From: an uncultured Planctomycetaceae bacterium
GTDB taxonomy: Bacteria; Planctomycetota; Planctomycetia; Isosphaerales; Isosphaeraceae
Direction of reading: 5' to 3'
NCBI GenBank assembly: GCA_963833985.1
Contig: CAWIAD010000002.1
Coordinates: forward strand, 3,520,001-3,584,000
Length of the DNA stretch: 64,000 bases
Shown here: in pieces, positions 31,782 through 44,468 of the stretch
Position numbering within the stretch: the stretch's first letter is position 1
Layout of the letters: every line of letters starts with the position of its first letter
Position numbers and translations under genes: made by a program
Notes under the pieces: model-generated
Databases searched by the model: none
What the model was told of the DNA's origin: nothing
The model's input: the letters and a program-made list of their open reading frames with translations, nothing else

Positions 31782-33969
31782 ATGCCGCCGTGCCGGCCCA
31801 TCGGTCTTCTGCTTCTGCTGCTGCTCTCGCAGTTCGCCGCCCTGGCGTGCCCGGCGCGAGCAGAGGACGGCTATCGTCTCTGGCTGCGTCACGAACGGCT
31901 TCCCGAGCGCGCGATCGCCGTGGACCAGCCCCGGCTTGCCGCCGTGGTGGTGCCCGGTGACTCGCCCACTCTCGATATCCTACGCAGGGAGCTGGCCAGC
32001 GGTCTCTCGGGATCGCTCGGCCATCCCGTTCCGGTCGCGGCGGACGCGGATCGCGCTGGGGCCGTCGTTGTGGGCACGCCGCGCAGCTCACCGCGAATCG
32101 CCGGGCTGGGCTGGGACATGCGGCTGGCCGAGCTCGGCGACGAGGGGTTCCTGATCCGGTCGGTCAAGATCGGCGGACACCCCGCAACCGTGATCGCCTC
32201 GCAGACCGAGATCGGCTCGCTCTACGGCGCCTTTCACTTTCTGAGGCTCGTGCAGACCGGCCAGGACATCCAGAGGCTGGACGTGAGCGAGAAACCCCGC
32301 CTGTCCCTCCGCATGCTGGACCACTGGGACAACCTGAACGGCACCATCGAACGCGGTTACGCCGGCCGGTCCCTCTGGGACTGGAACTCCCTGCCCGATG
32401 CGCCCGGGCCGCGTCTGCGCGACTACGCCCGCGCCTGCGCCTCGGTGGGCATCAACGGATCCGTTCTTAACAACGTGAACGCGCGTTCGGAGGTCCTTGG
32501 CGCCGCATACCTGGGCAAGGTGGCGGCGATTGCCGGCGTGTTCCGCCCCTACGGCCTGAAGGTTTACCTCTCCGCGCGGTTCGCGGCGCCGATCGAGCTG
32601 GGAGGGCTGAAGACGGCTGATCCGCTGGATCCTTCCGTGATCGCCTGGTGGAAGGAGAAGGCCGACGAGATTTACCGGCTCATCCCGGACTTCGGCGGCT
32701 TCCTGGTGAAGGCCAGCAGCGAGGGTCAGCCGGGACCGCACGTCTACCATCGCAGCCACGCCGACGGGGCAAACCTGCTGGCTGCCGCGCTGGCTCCTCA
32801 CAAGGGGGTCGTGATCTGGCGCGCCTTTGTTTATGACCCGAAGCCCGGTACCGACCGCGCCGCGGCCGCCTACGATTCGCTCCAGCACCTCGACGGCCAG
32901 TTCGCGCCGAACGTCCTGCTCCAGGTGAAGAACGGGCCCATCGACTTTCAGCCGCGCGAGCCGTTCCACCCCCTCTTCGGCGCCATGCCGAAAACTAACC
33001 TCATGCTCGAGGTCCAGATCACCCAGGAGTACCTTGGCTCAGCGAACCACCTGGTTTTTCTGGCCCCGATGTGGCGCGAGTGCCTTGATGCGGACACCTT
33101 CGCCAGCGGGCCCGGCTCAACCGTGAGCCGGGTACTGGACGGCTCGCTTTCCGGCCGAGGTCTCACCGGCATGGCCGGCGTGGCGAACACCGGCTCGGAC
33201 CGCAACTGGACCGGCCACCCTTTCGCTCAAGCCAACTGGTATGCCTTCGGCCGTCTCGCCTGGAACCCCAGCCTGCCATCGCAGCAGATCGCGCGTGAGT
33301 GGATCGCGCTGACCCTCACTCACGACCGCGCCGCCGCGGACGCCATCGCAGGCATCATGCTCGGATCGCACGAGGCCGAGGTCGATTTCATGACGCCCCT
33401 CGGCTTGCACCACATCATGTGGCCCGGCCACCACTATGGCCCTGCCCCCTGGTGGGACCGGGACGTCCGCCCGGACTGGAACGCCGTGTATTACCACCGC
33501 GCCGACGCGACGGGCCTGGGCTTCGACCGTACCGCCGCCGGCAGCGGCGCGGTGAGCCAGTATAAGGCACCCGTGAACACCCGCTTCGCCGATCTGGCGA
33601 CCTGTCCCGAAGCTTTGCTCCTCTGGTTCCACCACGTCCCCTGGGATCACCGCATGCGCTCAGGCCGAACGCTCTGGGACGAACTGGCCTGGCATTATCA
33701 GCACGGGGTTGACTGGGTGCGGACCGCGCCGGCAATGGGATGCTCTCGCCGGCGCGATCGACCCGGAGCGGCACGCCGACGTCGCGCGCCGGCTGGCGAT
33801 CCAGGAGCGCGACGCTGTCTGGTGGAGGAACGCCGTGCTGCTCTACTTCCAGACCTTCTCCCATCGCCCGTTGCCCGCGGGAGTTGAACCACCGGATCGG
33901 ACGCTGGAAGACTACAGGTCCCGGAGCCTGTTGCGGGCGGAAACTCCCGGGCCGAAGAACACCCCCTGA
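31782..33969 (+). CDS. aguA: Alpha-glucuronidase GH67 (frameshift ~33730)
   Basis: Signal peptide, [46 protein letters not shown]-terminus [11 protein letters not shown] lies in ORF 33709-33969. Confidence 0.93.
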
Positions 33970-33976
33970 GCCTGAC

Positions 33977-35221
<1,245 letters not shown>

Positions 35222-35244
35222 TCGTCACCTCGGGGGAAGAGCCC

Positions 35245-36570
35245 ATGCCCGGACGTTCGCATGTGGTCGAGACGCCGCAGGCCGCGTCGCAGCCTGGCCC
35301 GAACGCGCCGGTCCGCGTCGGCCATTACCGGTGGATCATCTGTGGGTTGTTGTTCCTTGCGACGACGATCAACTACCTGGATCGCCAGGTACTCGGCATC
35401 CTGGCGGACCCGCTCCAGAAAGAGCTAGGCTGGTCCGAGTCTCAGTACGGCTGGATCGCGACGGCGTTCACGGGGGCCTACGCGGCCGGGCAGGTCTTCA
35501 TGGGCGGCCTCATGGACCTGCTGGGGACGCGCATGGGCTTCAGCCTTGCGGTGCTTTGCTGGAGCGTGGCCGCGATGGGGCATGCGCTCGCCCGTTCAGC
35601 GCTGGGCTTCAGCATGGCCAGGCTCGCGCTGGGCCTGAGCGAATCGGGCAACTTCCCGGCGGCCGTGAAGACGGTGGCCGAATGGTTTCCGAAGCGTGAG
35701 CGCGCCCTGGCGACAGGCATCTTCAACTCCGGCTCGAACCTCGGGGCGATCATCGCACCGCTGACCGTCCCCTGGATCGCGGTCCATTACGGGTGGCAAT
35801 GGGCCTTCGTGATCACCGGGGCAACGGGTTTCGTGTGGCTGGCCGCCTGGCTGGCCATCTACCGCAGGCCGGAGGAGCATCCGCGGCTCTCGCAGGCGGA
35901 GCTCGCTCATATCCGCAGCGACCCGGCCGAGCCGACGACCCGGATTGCCTGGGCAAGTCTGCTGCGCCATCGTCAGACCTGGGCCTTCGCGCTCGGCAAG
36001 TTTTGCACCGACCCGATCTGGTGGTTCTTCCTGTTCTGGCTGCCGAAGTTTCTTCATTCGACCTACGGCATCACGCTGCAAGGCCTGGGCGCTCCGCTGG
36101 TGGTGATCTACCTGGCCGCGGACCTGGGCAGCATCGGCGGCGGCTGGATCTCCTCGAGCCTGATCCACCGCGGCTGGTCTGTGAACGCCGGCCGGAAAAC
36201 GGCCATGCTCCTGTGTGCCCTCTGCGTGGTGCCCATCGTGCTGGCCGTGCGTGCGTCGAACCTGTGGACCGCCGTCGGGCTCATCAGCCTGGCGACCGCC
36301 GCACACCAGGGCTGGTCGGCGAATCTCTTCACCCTCGTCTCCGACACATTCCCGCGCCGGGCCGTGGGCTCGGTGGTCGGCATCGGCGGCCTGACCGGCT
36401 CGGCGGGCGGCATGCTCATCGCCACCGCGACAGGATACCTGCTGGAATGGACAGGAAGCTACGTGCCGATCTTCTGCATGGCCGCGTCGGCCTACCTCGT
36501 CGCGCTCGCCATCATTCACCTGCTGGTGCCCGACCTGCGCCCGGCGACATTGCAAGAGACCGAAACATGA
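35245..36570 (+). CDS. exuT: MFS hexuronate transporter (ExuT-like)
   Basis: TTINYLDRQV, AEWFPKRERALATGIFNSG, DPIWWFFLFWLP, AAHQGWSAN. Confidence 0.9.
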   Translation: MPGRSHVVETPQAASQPGPNAPVRVGHYRWIICGLLFLATTINYLDRQVLGILADPLQKELGWSESQYGWIATAFTGAYAAGQVFMGGLMDLLGTRMGFSLAVLCWSVAAMGHALARSALGFSMARLALGLSESGNFPAAVKTVAEWFPKRERALATGIFNSGSNLGAIIAPLTVPWIAVHYGWQWAFVITGATGFVWLAAWLAIYRRPEEHPRLSQAELAHIRSDPAEPTTRIAWASLLRHRQTWAFALGKFCTDPIWWFFLFWLPKFLHSTYGITLQGLGAPLVVIYLAADLGSIGGGWISSSLIHRGWSVNAGRKTAMLLCALCVVPIVLAVRASNLWTAVGLISLATAAHQGWSANLFTLVSDTFPRRAVGSVVGIGGLTGSAGGMLIATATGYLLEWTGSYVPIFCMAASAYLVALAIIHLLVPDLRPATLQETET

Positions 36571-36650
36571 CCCGGGCATGGTCCGCTCACCTGGCAAGTC
36601 GTTATACTGCCCACACAAGTCCAATTCGCGGATTCGACGGAGAACCTTCC

Positions 36651-36780
36651 ATGTCAAGCCCTCGGGTCTTCACCCACGGGCATGCCGTCGCCATTGGAGT
36701 CGGCAATGACCTGCCGATGACCGTGACCGACGCGACCGCCGTCGCACAGATCTTGACCGACCCCGCCTGTGAGTGCTCAA
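36651..36780 (+). pseudogene. N-terminal remnant of a caspase-family (peptidase C14) protein
   Basis: GGAG RBS then MSSPRVFTHGHAVAIGVGNDLPMTVTDATAVAQILTDP, matching metacaspase strand 1 and helix 1; similarity then ends. Confidence 0.5.
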
Positions 36781-37074
36781 GACAATCGATGCGGGCACGG
36801 GCAGTTTTGACCAGATTCCCTGATCTTCGGCCGCGGTATCGCCACAGAAACCAAGATCTGTAACGGGTCGCGAGGGAAGCGTCTTCCCCGTGGGCTGGCA
36901 TCGCATACACGTTGATAAACCTGTGTTATCAGAAATCTGCAGAGGACATGAAGCGTGTGATCGCAGATGGTGAAGCTCCTGCGCTTATTTTTCGCGGAAG
37001 GATGCATTTTCCCTTGCATCCCGTTAAGATTATCGGCCAGATCGACATTCCACGAACCGACTAGGCCACAGGCC

Positions 37075-37656
37075 GTGAACCCGACTTCCCTCAGCTTGCT
37101 CGACCGGCTCAAGGCGGCCCGGCCCGACGCCTCCGACTGGGGCCGGATGCAGGGGGTCTATCTGCCCCTGATCGAGCGCTGGCTCAGTCGCGTTCCCGGA
37201 CTCGGGGATGAGTCCGCCGACCTGGCCCAGGAGGTTCTCGTCGTGGTGTTCCGCGAGGCTCCCCGGTTCGACAGGCAGCGTCATGGGTCGTTCCGGGCCT
37301 GGCTTCGGCAGGTGACGGTGAACAAGATCCGGAACTATCGTCGGAAGCGGTACCACCGACCCGCCGTCGGGCTTGATTCAGCCGGCGAGTTTCTCGAACG
37401 GATCTCCGACCCGAACGACGACCTCGCTCGGGAGTGGGACCGAGATCACGACAAGCACGTCGTCGAAAAGCTCCTGGCCATCGTGCAACGCGATTTCACT
37501 CCGGTGACCTGGGAGGCGTTCCAGCGGTTCGGCCTCGAGGGTGTCCCGGCAGGGCGTGTGGCCGAGGAATTGGGCCTTACCGAGAACGCGGTCATACTGG
37601 CCAAATCTCGGGTACTCAAGCGGTTAAGGGAGGAAGCCGGCGAACTACTGCTGTAG
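37075..37656 (+). CDS. ECF RNA polymerase sigma factor
   Basis: TSLSLLDRL, DLAQEVL, GSFRAWLR, AKSRVLKRLRE. Confidence 0.9.
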   Translation: MNPTSLSLLDRLKAARPDASDWGRMQGVYLPLIERWLSRVPGLGDESADLAQEVLVVVFREAPRFDRQRHGSFRAWLRQVTVNKIRNYRRKRYHRPAVGLDSAGEFLERISDPNDDLAREWDRDHDKHVVEKLLAIVQRDFTPVTWEAFQRFGLEGVPAGRVAEELGLTENAVILAKSRVLKRLREEAGELLL

Positions 37657-37741
37657 GAGATTCTTTTCGCGACAGGTTCGAAGCGGAGCAGGCCTTTCAT
37701 CTTCTGAAAGAGTCACTCGACCCGGTTCCGGAGACCGACCG

Positions 37742-40700
37742 ATGAACGCCCATGTGGCCCTGCATCCGACCGAACAGACCCTGAGCTTCTTCGCCCTGGG
37801 CAAGCTTGACGACGCCTCGTCCGAGGCGGTCAGCAAGCACCTGGAGCAATGCCCGGATTGTCGGAAACGGGCTGGCGAGATGTCGGCCGACAGCTTCCTC
37901 AATCAGGTCCGCGGCGCTCAGGCGCGGTTGGACTCGCCCGCTGCGGCCGACTCGCCGGTCGTCGGAGTTTCGATGCCGGCCGGCGGCCCGACTTCCCCGG
38001 CACCACCTCCGAAGTGCACGCTGCCTCCGGGCCTGGCCGACCACCCTGATTACGAGATCCTTCGTGAGCTCGGCAGGGGCGGCATGGGGGTGGTCTACCT
38101 GGCCCAGAACAGGCTCATGGGGCGGACGGAAGTGCTCAAGGTCGTCGGCGGTCACCTGATCAACCGCCAAGGCGTTCTCGAACGTTTTCAGCGCGAGATC
38201 CGGTCCGCGGCAAACCTGCACCATACCAATATCGTCACGGCGTATGCGGCGTTCCGCGCTGGCGAGAGCCTCGTCTATGCCATGGAATACGTGGAGGGCT
38301 ACGACCTCGCCCAACTCGTCAGGGGAAAAGGCCCGCTCAAGGTGCCGCACGCGTGCAACTTCGTGCATCAGGCGGCCCTGGGTCTTCACTACGCTCACGC
38401 GAAGGGCATGGTGCACCGAGACATCAAGCCCAGCAACCTCATGGTGGCCCGCGAGGGAAAAAAGCCGGTCGTGAAGGTGCTCGACTTCGGCCTGGCCAAG
38501 GTCACCAGCGAGGGTGCGGTCGACGGCGGCCTGACCCACGAGGGGCAGATGCTCGGCACGCCCGACTACATCGCCCCTGAGCAGATCCGCAACGCCCGGC
38601 GCGCTGATATCCGCGCCGATATCTACAGTCTGGGCTGCACGCTGTATTACCTCCTGACCGGCAAGCCGCCGTTCCAGGGGGACAGCCTCTACGATATTCT
38701 CCAGGCGCAGCATTCGATGAATGCGACGCCGCTGAACCTGGTGCGGCCGGAGGTGCCGGTTGAAGTGGCCGCGATCGTGGCCAAGATGATGGCCAAGGAG
38801 CCGGGCCGGCGGTTCCAGCAGCCCAAGGAGGTCGCCCAGGCGCTCAAGCCCTTCTTCAAGTCGGTGCATCCGGCCGTCCATGGGCAGGAGTCGGAAGTCT
38901 CCCGGGCCGGCCAGACGGGATCGGATCGGCCGGTGGCTGGCCTCGTCTCCACGCCGACTCAACCAGCGACCCTCGATGAAGGGAAGGCCGTCCGACCTAA
39001 GAGTCCGGCGGAGCCGTCCTCACCCGCGGCGCCTTGGCAGAGCCTGATCGACCTCGGAGAGATGGAACGCACCCAAAACCAGACGCCTGCCCTCGCACCG
39101 ATGCGGTGGCGTCCCTGGTTCTGGCCGTCGGTCGCCTTCGGGGCCTTGATCCTCGGGCTTCTCATCGCGTGGGGGGTCGTTATCCGGGTCAGGACCACCG
39201 ATGGGATGATCGAGCTGGTGAACCTCCCGAGGGATGCCGAGGTTCTCGTGAACGGCAAGGTGGTCGCCGTGACCTGGCCGGGCGGTGGCAAGGCGGCGGT
39301 GATCACGGTCCCCACCGGCAAACGCAGGGTCGAGGTGAAGAAGGATGGATTCGAGGTTTCCGGTGACGAGGTGACCGTCCTGGCAGGAGTTAAGGAAACG
39401 TTCACCGTGCGGCTTGTTCCTCTCGCAGACTCTCGCCCCCAACCGGATACTGCCGCCGATCGCACGGTTCGCTCAGAAGACTCCAGGACGCCATCGGCAC
39501 CCGTCGAGCGAGGGGCCGCCACGCCGACTCCGACGTCTCCACCAGTCCTCGATGCCAGTTCCAGCACCAAGCCGGCGGTCGCCGGGGACGCCAAGGACCC
39601 GAAGCCCGATCCATCTCGGCGCGGCGCGAACGAGCCGGCACACGTTCAGGCGATCGACGCGGCTATCGCGCTGCGCGGGAAGGCGGAGATTGTCTCCGGG
39701 AGTTGGCTCGTCGAAGGGGGGGAGTTGATGCAGGCAGACGCGGGCAAGTTGGGCAAGTTGCTATTCGGCGACCTCCGCTGGACCGACTACGATTTCACGG
39801 TAGAGCTGATGCGAGACAAAGGACTCGGCGATACAGGTCTGTTTTTCCACCGAACCCTCCGGAACGATAACCAAATCTGGTTCGGGTTCGGGGGCGCCAT
39901 CGGTGAAGAAAGGGATGCCTGTGGGATCGTCGCCTTCAAGGATGGGAAGGAGAAGATGCTGCACGGCGGGGTTAAGTTCCACCTCGTCGACCGCAGGTGG
40001 TATCGGGCTCGCGTCAGCGTTCGCCGCAACCACATCGTCTGCACGCTCCACGACGATCAAGGTAACGAGCCTGTGCACCTTAATGCCGACTACGACCGCC
40101 TCCCGTGCGGGCAGGTTGGATTACATACCGGGAGGTCCTCCTATCGGTTCAGGAACATCAAGGTAACGGACCCCGACGGGAAAACCCTGTGGGAGATGCC
40201 GCCCGCGATCGGGGAGTCACCTCGGCAGCCGGGAGGCGAAAAGAACGTCGCAGCCGAACGAACGGCTTCCCGACCGACGGCGCCGGCCCCCGCGCAAACG
40301 ACGCCACCCGGGGAAAGGGCAAACTCGGCCAAGCCAAGTCGGATGGCGCAGATCCTCGATGGATCATGGGAAGTCCGAGGGGATGAATTGGTGTATACGG
40401 ACGAAGTCGAAGGGGACAACATGATCCTCCTAGGCGATTCTATATTAACACGTTATGACATGAAATTCAAGGCGAATATCGTCTCGGGAGATGACGGGTT
40501 TGCGGCAGTCTTTCATCATCAATTCGCAAAATCTGTGAAATCACATATATTCCGCGTCGGCGCTGAACATGGGAGCGTCAACCAGTTGTTAACTCGCGCA
40601 AATCGCACCCACGAAGAGAGCATGCGGACGGAAACCGGGCGCTGGTACGATGTTCGGCTCGAGGTCCGTGACGCTCAATATCAGTGCTATCTCAATGATC

Positions 40701-40996
40701 GGATGCTGTTTCAGGGAAGCGATGAGAATCTCAGCAAAGGCCGGGTGGGTCTGATCTCTTGGGGGGCGACAGTCACTCGTTTCAAGGACATCATCATCTC
40801 CACACCGGATGGGAAGACCATCTGGAGCGGCCCGCCGGACTGCCTGACAGACGGCGCGGGGAAGATCGTCTGGCAAGCCTCGGAGAAATCCGGCGGCGGC
40901 GTAAGGCGGACTCCGACCGATCCCGGCGGGCGAGGGCGGCGCAACCGTGTCCCGAAACCGAGACGCAACGAGCTCCCTGGCTCCCGCGACACATGA
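37742..40996 (+). CDS. Ser/Thr kinase with N-terminal zinc-finger anti-sigma motif, TM segment and two DUF1080-like domains
   Basis: HLEQCPDC, GRGGMGVVY, HRDIKPSN, DFGLAK, GTPDYIAPE; twice GxVGL...FRNIKV / FKDIII. Confidence 0.9.
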   Translation: MNAHVALHPTEQTLSFFALGKLDDASSEAVSKHLEQCPDCRKRAGEMSADSFLNQVRGAQARLDSPAAADSPVVGVSMPAGGPTSPAPPPKCTLPPGLADHPDYEILRELGRGGMGVVYLAQNRLMGRTEVLKVVGGHLINRQGVLERFQREIRSAANLHHTNIVTAYAAFRAGESLVYAMEYVEGYDLAQLVRGKGPLKVPHACNFVHQAALGLHYAHAKGMVHRDIKPSNLMVAREGKKPVVKVLDFGLAKVTSEGAVDGGLTHEGQMLGTPDYIAPEQIRNARRADIRADIYSLGCTLYYLLTGKPPFQGDSLYDILQAQHSMNATPLNLVRPEVPVEVAAIVAKMMAKEPGRRFQQPKEVAQALKPFFKSVHPAVHGQESEVSRAGQTGSDRPVAGLVSTPTQPATLDEGKAVRPKSPAEPSSPAAPWQSLIDLGEMERTQNQTPALAPMRWRPWFWPSVAFGALILGLLIAWGVVIRVRTTDGMIELVNLPRDAEVLVNGKVVAVTWPGGGKAAVITVPTGKRRVEVKKDGFEVSGDEVTVLAGVKETFTVRLVPLADSRPQPDTAADRTVRSEDSRTPSAPVERGAATPTPTSPPVLDASSSTKPAVAGDAKDPKPDPSRRGANEPAHVQAIDAAIALRGKAEIVSGSWLVEGGELMQADAGKLGKLLFGDLRWTDYDFTVELMRDKGLGDTGLFFHRTLRNDNQIWFGFGGAIGEERDACGIVAFKDGKEKMLHGGVKFHLVDRRWYRARVSVRRNHIVCTLHDDQGNEPVHLNADYDRLPCGQVGLHTGRSSYRFRNIKVTDPDGKTLWEMPPAIGESPRQPGGEKNVAAERTASRPTAPAPAQTTPPGERANSAKPSRMAQILDGSWEVRGDELVYTDEVEGDNMILLGDSILTRYDMKFKANIVSGDDGFAAVFHHQFAKSVKSHIFRVGAEHGSVNQLLTRANRTHEESMRTETGRWYDVRLEVRDAQYQCYLNDRMLFQGSDENLSKGRVGLISWGATVTRFKDIIISTPDGKTIWSGPPDCLTDGAGKIVWQASEKSGGGVRRTPTDPGGRGRRNRVPKPRRNELPGSRDT

Positions 40997-41376
40997 AGAA
41001 AACAGCCACCCCAGGCGCTATGGACAGGAGCCCGAATTCTACGAGGGTTGAAGCTCAGATCGCTTGCATGCCGTGTTCAAGCGGTCTCTCTGCTGATCCG
41101 ATGACATTCGATGAAGGGATCTCGTGACAAGATCCCGCAAAGCATCGACATGAAAAGCGTTGGCGATCGTCTGAAGTTATTACTGTTTCAAGAGTTGTAA
41201 CCGACAAGGGGACTTGAGCCCCTGACACATCGCCCCTTTCATGCAGGCACTGTGGCGCCGATTCTAACGCGGTCAAGGACTGAGTTTGGTGACGATTGGT
41301 GACGAAATACCGAAGAAAATCGAAATGGCTTCAGACGTCGATGTTTCTAACTGCCGAGTAAATTACGACTTATGAA

Positions 41377-41423
<47 letters not shown>

Positions 41424-41616
41424 AAGGTAATTGAGTTTCCCTGGAAAAATACTATACTTTGTGTGATAAACCATCCTGATTTATCACAGAATTTATCACA
41501 GATCCAGGGAGACTTATGCTATGCCAGTGAACTACGAAATGACTTGGGAACCGTCCACCAAGAGGTGGCGGAAGATGGTCCACGGGAGAGTTTTGATCAT
41601 CTCTTTCAGGCAACTA

Positions 41617-42789
41617 GTGTCCTGAGTTACAAATTCACCAAATAACCTTGACTTATCATGTATTCGTCATATAATCTCTCAAAGGAGATTTATGATGAAT
41701 AAAGGTGGTCGCCCCAAGGCTACTCTCACTTTGAATGATGTCGAGCGCCAGAAACTCGAAGCGTGGTCGCGCCGGCCCAAGACCAGCCAGCGTCTCGCCC
41801 TCCGTTCGCGGATCATCTTGGCTTGCGCTCAAGGTTTCGATAATCAGGAAGTCGCCGCACAGCTCCGGGTGAATGTCGTGACGGTCGGGAAATGGCGGAA
41901 ACGTTTCCTCCTCGATCGTCTCGACGGCCTGTCCGACGAGCCAAGGCCGGGGGCGCCCTGCAAAATCACGGACGCAATGGTCGAGGCCGTTGTGACCAAG
42001 ACTCTGGAGGAGAAACCCAAGGCCGCCACGCATTGGAGCACTCGGGGCATGGCGGAAGCCGTCGGCTTGTCTCAGACAGCGATCTCGCGTATCTGGCGAG
42101 CGTTCGAGTTGAAGCCTCACCGCAGCGAGACGTTCAAGCTTTCCACGGACCCCTTTTTCATCGAGAAGGTCCGCGACATCGTCGGGTTGTATATGAGCCC
42201 GCCGGAGCGCGCTATCGTCTTGAGCATCGACGAGAAGAGCCAGGTGCAAGCGTTGGACCGTACCCAGCCGTTGCTTCCCATGGGGCCTGGCCAGGCGGAG
42301 AGGCGAACTCCGGATTATGTACGCAATGGGACGACTTCGCTGTTCGCCGCCTTGGACGTCGCGACAGGTCGTGTGATTGGCAAATGCTACCGTCGCCATC
42401 GACAACAAGAATTCCTCAAATTCCTCAACGAGATCGATAGCCAGATCGCCAAAGCACCAGGCGTCGAGATTCACCTCGTCATGGACAACTACGGCACACA
42501 CAAAGCTCCAGCCGTGAAGCGGTGGTTCGCTCGCCATCCCGAGTATCATCTGCATTTCACTCCCACCAGCGGCTCTTGGCTGAACCAGGTTGAACGATTC
42601 TTCGCGGAGATTACCGAGAAGCGAATTCGCCGTGGAGTATTCCGGAGCGTGGCGGCGTTGGAACAGGCGATCCATGAATTCCTGGCAAAACACAACGTAA
42701 ATCCCAAGCCTTTCGTATGGACGGCAGATGCTGATATGATCTTAGATCGAGTGGCGAGGGTTTGTGAGCGAACTTCTAACTCAGGACAC
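41617..42789 (+). mobile_element. IS630-family insertion sequence
   Basis: Ends GTGTCCTGAGTT / AACTCAGGACAC flanked by TA within CTAG on both sides. Confidence 0.93.
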
Positions 42790-42792
42790 TAG
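41692..42792 (+). CDS. IS630 transposase (intact)
   Basis: [31 protein letters not shown]. Confidence 0.95.
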   Translation: MMNKGGRPKATLTLNDVERQKLEAWSRRPKTSQRLALRSRIILACAQGFDNQEVAAQLRVNVVTVGKWRKRFLLDRLDGLSDEPRPGAPCKITDAMVEAVVTKTLEEKPKAATHWSTRGMAEAVGLSQTAISRIWRAFELKPHRSETFKLSTDPFFIEKVRDIVGLYMSPPERAIVLSIDEKSQVQALDRTQPLLPMGPGQAERRTPDYVRNGTTSLFAALDVATGRVIGKCYRRHRQQEFLKFLNEIDSQIAKAPGVEIHLVMDNYGTHKAPAVKRWFARHPEYHLHFTPTSGSWLNQVERFFAEITEKRIRRGVFRSVAALEQAIHEFLAKHNVNPKPFVWTADADMILDRVARVCERTSNSGH

Positions 42793-43492
42793 TGAAACTG
42801 GGCTACCTGCCCGGTCGCACACCAGAAACGAAAGAGCATTCTCGCGATGCCGCCAACTGCTGGCTCGCCGATCAGTTGGGTAAGAGAACACCCAGCCGAT
42901 ACGACCGCGTGCTCCAAGAACTGGAAGCCCGTAAGGCTTGGTCGCAACAGGAGGGACACGACGCCAGAGGGGTCGATCAGATGATCGCGTTCGTGAGCGG
43001 GCTTTCAGAGAATGATCCTGATGCCGCCGATGCCGACGCCTTCATCGACCCCTTCCTTGATGTGCGTGCGGGAGATCCCATGAACCTAGTCTGGCGGGAT
43101 CGGCTGGCACGGTCCAAGCCCACGCCGACCGACCGCACCGTTGGGTTCTGGATCGCCAAGTTCCTGGAACTGCGGGACGTGGACGTGAAGGCAGGTGAGT
43201 TGAGCCGTGACGGGTACGATCAGTGCCGATGGGCTATGGATGCCTTCAAGGAATGGCTCGCGCCGTCCCTGCCCATCGATAAGCTGGACTCCGATCGATG
43301 GGTCAGTTGGTACAAGCACGTGCAAAGCCTGGAAAACAAGGCGTGGACCAAGAAGAAGCTGTTCAGCTATCCTGAGAGTGGCCGCGATAATCGATGGCCA
43401 TCTGGGCAAGATAATCGGTGGTGTATTTCACTGCAGGAGGATCGTTCCGTTCCCCTCTCCGGAAGGGGAACGGAACGGTCCGCTCCGGATGA

Positions 43493-44446
43493 TCAGCGGA
43501 GACGTCGCCAGCCTCCAGTTGTGCGGCCGATCTTGCCGGTGCGCTCCAGTGACTCCAGTACCGTCCCTAAACGCTCGTTCTTCACCGCCAGCGAATCACG
43601 CAGGCTCGCTCGCGTAAGCACTCGGCCTTGAGCCAGAAGATTCAGCACTTGCCCTTCGAGGTCGCGCCCGTTCCGATCATCAGGCGCTGCGATGACCTCC
43701 AGGTGAGCTGTCCCCGCGTCGGTGGCGACCAGCTCCAGATAAACAGGCGCTACTGCCGGCGCCGACCGGTGCTCGCTGGAGAGGATCAGGTGCTCCTTCG
43801 TGCGCTGGAGATACAGGTTCGAGTCGCCGAAGGCATGTATGTCACCCGACCCACGCAGGCCCTGACCGGCGGCAACACCGTCCGCGGCGTTCTTCCGCGT
43901 GTGATGCACCAGCAGAACCGCCAGGCCAAGCTGACGCTGCAACGACCGCAGATACCCGAGTAATTCGGCGACGTCGCCAGCATGATTCTCGTCGATGCCG
44001 TGAAGTCGCACCAGGGGATCCAGCACCAGCAGCCGAGGCCGAAGCCCCCGCACTGTCTCCCACAGCCGCGTGCGGTCTCGATCGTGATCGAGCCGGAGCA
44101 CCGGGACCGTGATCACGTGGATCGACACCTCGTCGAGATCCAGACCGCGATGCCGGGCCATTCCCTCGATACGTTCGCGCACAGCCCGCAGCGCATCCTC
44201 AGCCAGGTAAACCAGAACCGGTCCCGGCTCCGGTACGGCATACTTGCCCAGGCATGGTGTGCCCGTGGCTACGGAGAGGGCCATGTCCAGCCCCAGCCAC
44301 GTCTTGGCGCACTTCGGAGCGCCGCCGATGACGCCCACCGCGTGGGCACACCAGAGCTGCTCCACCAGCCATCGCTCCGCGAGCTCATCGCTGGGAAGCT
44401 CGGCCACACGCACCACCGGAAGCACTTGCTCGCCACTGGTCGCCAT
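43493..44446 (-). CDS. RecA-superfamily AAA_25 / RepA-helicase-like ATPase
   Basis: WLVEQLW, Walker A GAPKCAKT, YLAED, Walker B LLVLDP, LVHHTRK, LRGSG. Confidence 0.85.
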   Translation of the reverse strand: MATSGEQVLPVVRVAELPSDELAERWLVEQLWCAHAVGVIGGAPKCAKTWLGLDMALSVATGTPCLGKYAVPEPGPVLVYLAEDALRAVRERIEGMARHRGLDLDEVSIHVITVPVLRLDHDRDRTRLWETVRGLRPRLLVLDPLVRLHGIDENHAGDVAELLGYLRSLQRQLGLAVLLVHHTRKNAADGVAAGQGLRGSGDIHAFGDSNLYLQRTKEHLILSSEHRSAPAVAPVYLELVATDAGTAHLEVIAAPDDRNGRDLEGQVLNLLAQGRVLTRASLRDSLAVKNERLGTVLESLERTGKIGRTTGGWRRLR

Positions 44447-44468
44447 CGTCACACCTTCGCTTTCTTCT

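Larger units (their letters stand above)
41521..43372 (+). pseudogene. Integrase-like gene N-terminal half, split by IS630 and truncated by the next element
   Basis: MPVNYEMTWEPSTKRWRKMVHGRVLIISFRQL joins in frame to VKLGYLPG... once IS630 is removed. The later segment FLELR...GELSRDGYD...FKEWL resembles an integrase core-binding domain; it sits next to the att site. The catalytic domain is not seen. Confidence 0.65.

Noticed and set aside
43373..43631. C-terminal part of ORF 42792..43631
   Set aside because: Read-through into the transposon end, not integrase sequence.
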